A stretch of DNA of 64,000 nucleotides from Acanthaster planci (Eukaryota): assembly GCF_001949145.1 (NCBI RefSeq), contig NW_019091359.1, forward strand, positions 1,376,540-1,440,539, in the 5' to 3' direction. Below are positions 22,801 through 34,800 of this stretch, one piece after another (within the stretch, counting starts at the first letter, position 1; each line of letters starts with the position of its first letter). The translations under genes were made by a program, and so were the position numbers. The notes under the pieces were generated by a model. The model saw only the letters and a list, made by a program, of their open reading frames with translations. It was not told the origin of the DNA and did not search any database.

Positions 22801-25800
22801 AGCAGCAAATACGTGTACACGCGATGCCAATATAGTAACAATTAGGCCACATATAATGTACTGTGTAGCTGGTTCTAACTTCTTAAGCCCTTCGCTCCGG
22901 GAGACGGCAAGAGCCGCGGCTTTGTGTGAGGATTAGTGCATACCACACATACAGTCTATTCACCATGCAGCTGCTGGTTCAGTGGGGCCTGCTGCTGGAC
23001 AAAGCCCTTCATTCAGGGCATACCACAGCCCAGCAGTCGCTGTCAAAAGAATTCCCGGCGTGATGGGGTTAAGAGGAGTAATAAATATTAACAATAAGGA
23101 CGAGCAACAAGGCAAAACCCACTAGTCTCCTTCCAAGGCTTAAGTCAAATCAGCACGTTTGATACCAGATTTGGAAAAGGTGATTCTCGGTCTCCCACAA
23201 TAACAAAAAAAATGTGACCCACAAAAATGTATGGGACTTTGTTTCCATGGCAATGACCTACTATGGCTGTGGCTCTGGTTACTTGCTGCAAACAGAGACA
23301 ATTTGCTAGCTAAGCTGGCCATTATGTGACCGTTATCCTGCTCATTTCTGCTGCATTGTCACCTCTACCGGCTGCGCCCTGCCTCTACTATATACGCTGA
23401 GGCTAATCAGGCATGAATAGGCCATTTATGAAGTCAACGGACCGTGAAGTTATCGGAATAAGAGCAGTCTATTTGCATGGCTAATTTATTTGTTTCTCTT
23501 GTCTACGTGATGATGGGATGGATGAGGGGCTATGGCTTAGATAAGGAAGAGGATTCATCGTAATGAGAATCTAACTTTTTTCCGACCGGATATTTTGCAG
23601 GTGATTTATGGCTTAGAAAAAACCTTGGTTTCATTTTGCCTACTTGTAATTTTTGTCAGTTTTTTTCATTTTGTGCATTTACAAATGTAGATTTGGGTAT
23701 TCAGAGTGACTGCATGAGAATAATGGATTGGTATGCCGCTGTGTCTTTAAAATGGAAATTTTCCAAAATTCTCAAAAATTGAAGTCTGGTGTCTTCTGAG
23801 TTAACAATTTTTATTGTCATAGTTAGGACAATTGTACAATGCACCTCTGAAGACATATACACCTCACTGCGTATTATTCTGACAAATTAGCTCGATTTAA
23901 ATGGGTTTGGGTAGAAAAGTCTTGAAATTAAATATGCATTACATCTAGATGAGGTCCATATTTAGAAGAAGAAAGAAAAATAATGCTTGTAGTGTAATGT
24001 ACCTAGATGTAATCAAAAGTGGTATGTTGGGAACTCCATAGGAAATCTAGTGCCCCTGTAGGTAATTATTAATATGATACCAATGACTGTGTTTTCCAGT
24101 GACTGACATATAGATTCTGTGGTCAAGAACTTCTTTGGAATGTTGTATTATGACATTAATTATGGATGAAGACCATGGTACAGCAGCCTCCGTTCTCTAG
24201 TCAGCCAACCACCATTTGAGATATTGATCCGGTTGGCTGGCCAGCGTAGCAGCCCTTTTGTTGTACGCTGTCTTCCAGCCTCTCATTATACCAGGGAGAC
24301 CTGGATGCGTTGTGCTAGCAAGCCGTCAAGGACAGACTTGGTAGCTATGAGAATGGACGGAATATTCATCTCCTGTGCCATTTAGGTCTTTTGTTCTCTG
24401 TTACAACGGCTTCTATGTGTGTGTGTGTGAGCATTTTGATGTTTTCTCTACCATCACTCCATGATGCCTATTTTGGTATCTTAAGAAATTGTAATCTGAC
24501 AGATGGAAAGCAACAGNNNNNNNNNNNNNNNNNNNNNNNNNNNNNNNNNNNNNNNNNNNNNNNNNNNNNNNNNNNNNNNNNNNNNNNNNNNNNNNNNNNN
24601 NNNNNNNNNNNNNNNNNNNNNNNNNNNNNNNNNNNNNNNNNNNNNNNNNNNNNNNNNNNNNNNNNNNNNNNNNNNNNNNNNNNNNNNNNNNNNNNNNNNN
24701 NNNNNNNNNNNNNNNNNNNNNNNNNNNNNNNNNNNNNNNNNNNNNNNNNNNNNNNNNNNNNNNNNNNNNNNNNNNNNNNNNNNNNNNNNNNNNNNNNNNN
24801 NNNNNNNNNNNNNNNNNNNNNNNNNNNNNNNNNNNNNNNNNNNNNNNNNNNNNNNNNNNNNNNNNNNNNNNNNNNNNNNNNNNNNNNNNNNNNNNNNNNN
24901 NNNNNNNNNNNNNNNNNNNNNNNNNNNNNNNNNNNNNNNNNNNNNNNNNNNNNNNNNNNNNNNNNNNNNNNNNNNNNNNNNNNNNNNNNNNNNNNNNNNN
25001 NNNNNNNNNNNNNNNNNNNNNNNNNNNNNNNNNNNNNNNNNNNNNNNNNNNNNNNNNNNNNNNNNNNNNNNNNNNNNNNNNNNNNNNNNNNNNNNNNNNN
25101 NNNNNNNNNNNNNNNNNNNNNNNNNNNNNNNNNNNNNNNNNNNNNNNNNNNNNNNNNNNNNNNNNNNNNNNNNNNNNNNNNNNNNNNNNNNNNNNNNNNN
25201 NNNNNNNNNNNNNNNNNNNNNNNNNNNNNNNNNNNNNNNNNNNNNNNNNNGGGAAATCTAACAAATGCTACAACTTATAAAAACCTGTGATATTTTCAAG
25301 CATTCAGTAATGAAAGATTCCGTGAGGCCCTCGAAAAGAACCTTAAGAGACCTTATTTCCCAATCATTGAGAACTTTGTCCTCTTTTAAAGTGAATTACA
25401 ATAGAACTGGGTACTTTGTTGCCACAAGTATGCTGCATGACAAACTAAGTTTTATTCGAAATATATACTTATATATACAATCTTAAATGTTGAGCAGAAA
25501 AGAAGCTTTACTCACAGCTTGTTGAAGTTAGCAGGTTGGCAGTTGGGCCACTTGTGTCAATCTGAGTGTTGAGTGTGCAAAAATGTGCCTCAAGCTTTAC
25601 ACAGATTCAGCTTAAATATCAGGATTGGTTGCTTTATCAGGCAAAATGCAATAGACACCAAACGTGTGAAACTGCCTTATGTGCAAAGTGAGCGTGACTG
25701 TCTTCGCACTTTCCTTGAAAAAGCTTCTGTTAGCCTGATCATTGTTCGTGTAATTGAAGCCATTATGAGCAGGTGTTTCCTCCCTGGTGTTAGCCCTGCG

Positions 25801-28800
25801 GCTAAGAGATGGCCAAATTGAAACGGAAACTCAGACCTTTTGTGTGACTCTGAATTTGGAAGTGAAGGATTTAGAAGTGTCAGTTATGAAAAAAATGTTC
25901 AACCCTTCATCAGTATTTTTACTTTGGGGGTTTGGGGTTCATTCACATTGGCCATAACAGTTAGATTATTATAATTCTGGGCAGCATTCATTTAGTGTAA
26001 ATTTGTGTCTTTGTGTTTTTTGTGTATTTGTAAAGGCAAGCATCCATGAGGAGTTGAAGCAGGCACAGAAGACAGAGGTCAGTCGGCAGCAAAGGTGGGA
26101 AGAGGAGGAAGCAGAGCGAGAGAAGAAACGAAAATTGGAAGCAGAGGCCGAGCTGCGCAGAGAGCAAGAAGAGATTGAGCGAGAACGACAACAGAGGGAA
26201 GAAGAGGAGAGAGAAGAAAGGGAACGGGAAGAACAGGAGCGGCGGGAAAGAGAACGCAGGGAGGCGGAAAGGAGACAAGAGGAAGAGGAAAGGGCAAGAC
26301 GAAAAGAAGCAGAGCAGAGACAGAATGATGAGGAGAGGAGGGCTGCAGAAGAGAAGAGAAAAAAGCTGGAGGCAGAACACTTGCAGAGAGTAGAGCGGGA
26401 GATGAAGGAGAAACAGATGGAGGCGGAGAGACAACGGGAGGAAAGGTGGAAAAAGGAAGAGCAAGAACGGAAGGCCGAAGAGGACAAGCGACGAAAGATG
26501 GAGGAGGAGCGCTTAAGGAAGATGGAGGAGGACATGCGGGAGAGACAGAAGGCGGACGAGAGACTGCAGGAGGAGAAGAGGAGGCGGGATGACGAGGAGC
26601 AGACACTGAGGGAAGAACAGCTGAGGAGAGAGATGGAGAAGATGAAATCGGTTGAGGAGAGGAATGAGGCAGAGAGACAGCATCTGGAGCAGGAGAGGAG
26701 ACGGCTAGAAGAAGAAAGGCAACAGGAGAAGTTGAAGAGAGAGGAGGATAAGAAACGGCGAGAGATGGAGACAAAGATGGAGCTAGAGAGGATTGAAGCT
26801 GAGCGGGCAAAATTGGACTCAGAGAGGCGCCTAATGGAGAGGAAAGTCAATGAGGAAAGAAAAAGAGCTGAAGATACACAGAAGTTGGACAGGCAGATGC
26901 AAGAGGAATCAACTAAGAAGCTTGAGGATGAAAAAAGACAGCGGGAAGAAGAAAAGAGGAGAAACGAGGACGAAAGATTAAAGTTAGAGAGGGAGAAGGA
27001 CGAGTTGCAAACCTTGCGTCTCCAAAACGAAGAAGCAAGACAGAGGCTGGAGGATGATAGGAAGCGAGAGGAAGACAGGAGAAAATTTGATGAGGACCGG
27101 ATCAAGAAGGAAGAAGAACGTCTGGAGATGGAGAGAAAGAGAATTGAAGATGAAGCCAAGAAGCGGCAGAGGGAATTACTCCAGGGGATTTCTTCCAAGA
27201 GCAATGGAGAGAAGAAACAATTCGAAGAGGAAATTCGCCGCCTTGAGGAAGAGCGTCAACGTGCGATCCAGCGTAAAGTAGAAGAATTCGAAGATGAGAG
27301 GCTGCGCCAGACCGCAGAGAAGACAGCCCTGCAGAAGGAACTTGAGCTCCAGTCACAACGGTTCAAGGAGGAGAGGCAGAAATTTGAAGCCAGGCAGAAG
27401 GAAGCCGAGCGCCAGAGGCAGCTGGAGGAGTCCCGTCGGGAGGAGGAGTTGAAGAAGATGACCGAGGAGCGGACAAGAGAGATGGAGCAGCTGACGACGG
27501 AGAAGCAGCGCCTCCAGAAGGAGAACATGGACATCGAGAGGAAGTGGCAAGAGATAAGGAGGATGAAAGAGGAGATGGAGAAGAAGGAATCCGAGAGGTA
27601 CCTGCAGAGATATCAGAAGTCCATCGAGAGGAGATTGCAGGACGAGGAGGCTGGCGATGCGGTGACAGCAGACGGTGACCATGATCACAGCTCAGACATT
27701 GACGCTGATCTGCAGGAGATGGAGGCGGCTGTCTTGCAGAAGCAGCAGCAGGTTGCATCGGGCACACAGCCGGCACTTCCAAGGGGCCACAGACAGAACG
27801 CCAACATGAGTAACGGCCTGGATTCACAGGGCAACACAGCAGAGTTCAATCAAGGATTGAGTGGGTAGGAGCAGGCTTTTTCATTCCCCCCCTCCCCCCC
27901 GAAATATTCACCGTCTCAAGTTTTAGTAATCCCAGGTGTTAAAACCAAGTATTCTTTTGCCTTATAGTCAAAATTCTACTTGTGTCCACTTTCGTAAAGT
28001 ACAAGTTTGTCAGAGTCTCAGAAGTGTAAACTGATTTTGTTTGTTTTCCAGTAATCATCTAATAATTACACAATCTTGGAAGCGAAGCAAGTGTTAAGCT
28101 TTTTTTTACATTTGCACTTGGAATTTTTTTATCGCGCATAATTATTTGTAGCTGTCAAGCAGATTTCCTCTCCAAAGTAAGTTTCCAAAAGTAAGTGAAA
28201 TGAACACTCCATAGGCATAGGTGTAGATTTCCTAAATGTTGCTGTCTTTTCCTGGCAGGCAAAATCCTCAGAATCCACTTCACTCGACAGCAAGATCCCT
28301 GCGAATGACGCGTAGCACCCTAATCAATGGCAACCCCCCTGGTCTACACTCACAGGTAAAAAATCAGATGCTGCTAATTCCATTAAACAGAATATGGAAC
28401 CAGAGGGAGAATTTTCTGACCTTGATCTCTTATACTGTGACTGAACTGATGTTCCACCCACCTACATGTAGCAGTCCATTTTAACAGCCACACCTTTCTG
28501 ATTTGTCAGTATCTGTTTTAAAAAAATCATGAAACGTACACAGTCTCTTCGACTAACTCACAGTTCAAAATCACCAACTCTGAAGCAACTCTTTCACTTA
28601 AATCACCAATATTAAAACCCTCTTTTGTGGATGATACTTACTATAGTATAGTTCACTTTATGTAAAATTGAATTCTGAGAAAAACTTTCAACTGATACTG
28701 CTACATTACATGTTGCATTTGTACCTCATTTATTGGCAGTTCCGAAGTCTTCCTGCTCCATGCTTTTGTCATTTGTTCATTGTTCGATGTTTTAAGACTA

Positions 28801-31800
28801 TTCTTCATAAAACTAATATACTGGTATGTTTAATATGTGTGAATACTTGGCTAGCAGCCAGCATGGCAGGCTGTTCTCAGCGAGCCAGACGGACTAGACT
28901 CCTCCTCAACTGACGAAGATGACGATGAGGACTTGGTCAACGGAGGCGAGCTGCGGGCATCCTTTGCCTCCCCTTACCTGACCTCCACTCCGCAGGGCCT
29001 GAACACCAACCAGAATGCAGGGGGGACGTCACCACCAGACGGTCCCGTCGGTAAGCGTCTTCTGGCCTTGTCAGCAAAGTTTGCGATTTGACGCTTGTGT
29101 TTGGTGCTTATGTGTATAGGTAACTTTTTTGTCACCACATTGACTCTGCGGCTGGCAGACTAATGATGATCTCATCATGGTCAGCTTCATAGAGCTGATA
29201 AGTGCAGTAATTTGATTAGTAAAAAAAAGGCTTCCTCAGCAAAAAACGATTATGGTCCAGAATTTTATACATTCCACATGTCTTGAGCCATACAGAATGT
29301 AGAGGGTATATTTTATTAAACGGCAAGGACACAGCTTCTAGCTTCTGAACATTATGCCCAGCTTAACACTGCCCACATTTACGGAAAACTTCTCAGGCGC
29401 CATTTTGTTTTATGCCGCATGGGCTTCATCAATTGTTGCTTTCATTGATCAAAACATCTCTCAAAGTCTTTGATCCCGGTGGAGATCTTTCACTTGAGGA
29501 AGGCTTGAAAAATCCATGGAAATATTCATGGCTCGAAGGTCAGGTGAAAAAAAGAGGCAGTGAAGGAGAAGACCAAGTTATTAGAGCCTATCGGAACTTA
29601 ATAAAAAAAAATCATTAAGCAAAGATGCGGTAGATATACATGATGCAACAAATTGTTGAAATAGAGGATTGAGGGACATGTTTTTTTCAGTTTCCTGAAA
29701 TCTCATCCCTCTTGCTGATGGCTGCTCAGAGTGCATCCTCGTGATCCTACTGAGAGATACTGAGCATTGCGTGGTGTTCTTTCCTTTAGACCCCACGGCC
29801 GTCCTACGATTACAGGGTCAGCTGAGGGACCAGAGGCGCATTGCCGACCGAGAAAAGGGCCTGCGTATCAACGCTGAGAATCACTGTAAGGCACTAGAGG
29901 GAGACATTGATGAGATGCACAGGTGAGTCTGAGCCATCAATGTCACTAAATTTTAATTGTTAATGTATCTACCCAAAACTCGGAATATTCTCGTTCATTC
30001 ATTTGTACTTGGTTACTTCCAGCTTAATGGCTTTCTCGGAATATTTTCCTGTCCTTTTTGTCACCATATTTTTCCAGGAGGGTGGATGAAGCGAATCACA
30101 GCAAAGCAGCACTTGAACAACATTTGTTGGACCTTGAGGCCCGTGTCCGAACTCTGGAGTAAGTATGCACCTTTACAAGCAATTCCTCCTGCCGTTAACT
30201 GATGCTTACTGCAGTATTCACTGCGGATGTTCTGAGAACCATATGATCTGAATATCCATAGTACCTGTGCTGGACCTGCAGAGCGTGTTTGTCAATTTTC
30301 AATGGAGATGTTAAGCCACTATTTTCAATGTGAATGTCATCCTAAGGGCCAACTTATGCTTCAAATGAAAGCAAAATGAATTTCATCCAATCAGCAAAGG
30401 CAGTTTTCTTTTGATGTTCATTGTCACCTAAAACAGTACGTTTCCACTAAAATTCTTGTGAAGTACGAAATCCCTGATGAAAATTCTTGTGAAGTGAGGG
30501 GCAGGCTTGTGAAATGTGTAATCAGCAGCCTAGAAATCTAGAATTGTTGGACCTAAGCTGCACACCTTTACCTTCAGTATTGTTTTACGCACAGGAAGAA
30601 ATTTTTGATGACGTAATTGGGCATAAAAAGCCAGTTATTTTCCTTAACTGCTTAACTCTGTCAAGAAAAACAGAGTGGGACTGTTTATACCCACTCTGAC
30701 CAAGTTTTCTAAAGTCTCTCCTCACCATGGAGACGAATATCCTTTTCCATTTCTTTTTTTATGATTACAGACATGAGTTGAGCCAAGAGCTGGAGAAGAG
30801 ACACAATGCTGAGGTAATACTGGACAAGACTAAGGAGCAGCTCCTCCGAAAAGAAGAGATGTACGCTCTGTAAGTGGCTCCAGGATTCCTTGTTTACTCA
30901 GTGAACTCATTGAAGTGTTGAGTTGGTGCATACCTATCCAGAATAGAGTGAGTAGACTTTATTATTTAATTTGATTCTTTCGTTTCAGTGAAATTGAAGC
31001 CAAGCAGAGAGCCGAGCTTGGAGCACGGAATCTCAATCTGGAGTTGAGGACAGCTCAGAATCTCGTTAGACAGGTATGTAGTTTGTGAAGGATGCCCAGA
31101 AAATGTTGCCTCTGTGCCCGTCAACTCAAAACTCAAAATTTGAAAGACTACTTTTTTTTGATTGTTCAATTTTATATTATAAGGCAGTTCAATCTTTACC
31201 TAGTTATTTGAAATTGTTAAGTTTTAAAGCGTGCCTGTAAATAAAAATGTATTTTCATGTTACCGAATTCATGCTCATTTGTTGAGAAGGATGAGAGGAA
31301 ACTTGTCATGATTAAAAACTCTTGAAGGTGTTTTTAGCGGGGGAAAGGTGTCTTACCTCAGCGAGCTGTCCGGTTTTAAGAACTCGGCAAACATCATGTT
31401 CCATCACTGCAGAGGGAGTGAAGACCAGAAATGAGTAATTTTTGGAAGACAAAATGAGAGTTTGGCGAGAGTGTTGCTTCTCAGCAGCCCCGCGACCCAT
31501 ATGATTGACATGGTGCATCCCGGAAATTCGTGCATCACATGAACTTTGTTTGATTAGCAGAAACTGACAAACTCATTTTGTTTCCCCTTGCGAACTGGCC
31601 TGTATAAATGCAAGCAAATCTTCCAAAACTTTTGATTGGCTTCAGCTCACGTCTGGTTGTTTGTAGCCTTGTAACCAGATGAATTGATTTGCTAAATTCA
31701 GTTTGAGGAGGAACGTGACGAGTTACGGTCTCAACTCCTCCATGAGAAGCATGCCAGGGCTCTGCAGGAAGAATTAGTTCAGGACCAACTTCATGCCCAA

Positions 31801-34800
31801 GATGCCTTACATCAGGTACACCACATGCCAGATAGACTAATAATTATTTGGGATTATACAATCTTTTTAAACGATGTCATTCAGTTGCTTAGTTCATATG
31901 TACCTAAACTGTCAGGGAAATATAAACAGGTTTTCCCAACTTTCCAGACGGGTTTTCCTTTATTCAGAGTTTGCAATCAAGCCCTCACAAGTTAATAACA
32001 AGCCACTTTATTCAGCCCCAAAGTTGGTTGTTTGCTATGAAAATAAACGTTGGCAAAGAATTGGTTTCCCACACGTTCATGGAAGCAGTTAGCATAGCAG
32101 TGCTTTATAAACTATGAAGCAACGGAAAAACTGAATAATAAGTTTGATGTCTTTCTAACCCTAAAATGCCAACAGTAATAGGCAGCCCACTGTCATTTTT
32201 TTGTCCCTTAGTAATCAAGGCAATGTGACTAATTGATAAATCGTGACTGACTTCATTACAGCTGTGGTAGGGACTCAAACCTTCTTGCAAATTCTTAAGA
32301 TGTTATTATTCTATTTTGTTATATTTATATGCTTATGAATGCAATAAACTGTAGAGTGCTGGACAATATTGGATTGTACAGAATAACAGGAAGGGTGCTT
32401 AGAGGCCTTGCAGTGGTTTTTTGACGGGTTAGTGACAGTCCAGCCGAAGACTAATGGGTTAAGTTAAAATATGACTACAGCCCTTTATCCATGTGACAAA
32501 GTCAGTTTTAATTTTTTGTTTGTACAGGAATCATCAAGAATCTTTGCAGAAAAGGTATGTAAAGCAATATAGTGTACGAAATGTTTGGTGAACAGTTTTC
32601 TCTTGTCTCGCTGGTTTCCTTGGTAACCAGAAGTGACCAGGAAACAAAGTCCTTCATGTGGCCAGCATTTTTATCCGTTTCATCTTTGAGTAACACACAC
32701 AACTCCAAAGGTTTTAAAATTGGATTTTTAAACGCAGTCCGGATATAGAGCTTTAAAAAAGTTACTGTACATCGCTCATACAAGAATTGCAGTGGGCAGG
32801 ACAGAGTTAGACACTAAGAAAATTGAAGTTACTGAAGGGTTAACGCGCTCAGTCTCTGCGTAACATTACTGGTTCAAGACTGTAGTTACAGTCAATCACA
32901 TCATTGTAATTTGCCATGAGTTTGATTGGTTGTCACCCCTCGCATTGTCTCCTTAGGCGGAGGCAGTCAGCCGTCTGGAGGCAGCTGATGAGAGCCGCAA
33001 GGTGGTGCTAAGCCAGAGTGACCGACTCAAGACGGAACTCAATGCCCTCAAGGTAGCTCAAAGGTCAAGGGGTCCAGATTTTAGACTGAATGTGCACCCC
33101 CATCAAAATCCTCTGTTTCCTTTGCCATTGGAGACTTGTTATATTTACACTCTGTGGTTGAGCCAAGGTAAATTTTGTGAGAATGCTATTTTACATCAAC
33201 AAAAGTTAAATTCACTTCTCTTTGTAACCTAAGGGGCATTGTTGAGACCAAGATTGATCCGATATGTGTATTTTGTGACCTCATTTATTGAAGAACAATT
33301 AGAGATGCTGGTGATTTCTGGATTTCCAATTGAAGTTTAAGTTAATGGTGTATTTTTGGACAGTTTAAAAGTATTTTAGACATAATTTTGTGGAAATAAA
33401 AAATAAGACAACAGTTTAAAACTGTGACACACTACATAATTTTCACCAAATATCCACATCTGATATTATCAGAATGTTATAAAATTTGACTCCTTGCTAA
33501 AGGTTGAATTAGAGCGACAAAGGATGCGACACAGAGATGATCAGGGTATGCTGACCTCAGAGAATGAGGAACTCGCCAACAAGATAGAGGAACTCAAGAA
33601 TGAAATTGTAAGTGTGGATTTGGAAAGGCTTACGGGAGGCTTGGCAGTTGATTTGTGTTTTTAATTTCACCACTAAATGCTGGTATCAAAGAGAAGACTC
33701 TTTGTGGCGCAGCCTTTGCTTCTTGTATCTACTCTTTACAAGAACAAGACATTGTTCTTATAGACCGATCCGGTGACAAGACCCAGGAGCCATTACTGCG
33801 GTGTCCCCATGCGCGTGAACAAAGAGATGCAGATTGAATGCCTCCTCATCAGCCTATGGGAGTGCACTGCTAACCAAAATCACCTGCTTATCAAGCCTAG
33901 GAATGCGCGCCTGAGTGACGGAGACACCGCAGTAATGGCGTCATCGAATCGGTCAATAGGGACAGTGTCCCAGTGGCTGGAAATGACCTCTTGTACTGGT
34001 TCATTCGTGTTTGGGATGGGATCCACTGGGCACTTGTGACTCATTTTTGATTAAAATAATAGTCTTTGGGGGTATGCTGGATCTGTGCATCAACCCTGTT
34101 GAGTAACTTTCGTCCATCCAGTCCCTTTCTTGACGGTAAGGGGTACTTCTAGTCAAGGCAGAGAGCAGGTTACGTGGACAAGGTGAAATTGTTAATAAGT
34201 TGGCTGCTTGCTCCTTCACAGAGAGTCAGCGAGGAGGCCTTGGCACATGCAACCATGGCCTTCAACTCCCAGCTGATGGCCGTCAAAACCGAGAATGCTA
34301 TGCTGCACGGCTCTGTGGAGAAAGAGCTGAACAAGGCCGATAAGCTGCAGGCAAAGGTAGGGTTGGTTGTCGTCTGTCGAGACATTTAGAAAAAAAAAAG
34401 GTCGATTTAGTTCTCTCAGGAGTTTCGTTTCTTTAGTTTATATGAATCGTCTCCAATTGTTTGTCCAGCTTGAATCTGTTGACAGAAGGCTCCAGTCCAC
34501 ATCACAAGAACTGGAGAAGTCACAGCAAGCCAGGAGCGACCTAGAACGGTGAGTGTTGCTGCCCTTCTCACCACCGCCTGCTGAGAGTATGCACATTGGT
34601 AGTAGTGGTTGTCCTCAGATCCAACTGAGCAAATCATAGAAATAATATTTGTGAAAAGAAGCGCTCGCTCACAAGGCCATCGTATGTCTGCTGTGCTTAT
34701 TTTACCTTTAAATTTTGTTGCTAAAATGTGAAGTGTCTTTACAGAGATCAGACTTTGTCTTCAGTGTTATCGCACTTTATTAATGTCAGAAACTTTCAGT

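Noticed and set aside
25969..27827. Long minus-strand ORFs (411 aa, 243 aa and others)
   Set aside because: Antisense shadows of the purine-rich E/R/K exon; S/L/F low-complexity translation with no independent coding signal
30737..30744. ATATCCTT U12-like donor (also near 61869)
   Set aside because: Not at an exon end: one is inside a GT-AG intron near its acceptor, the other is on the non-coding strand
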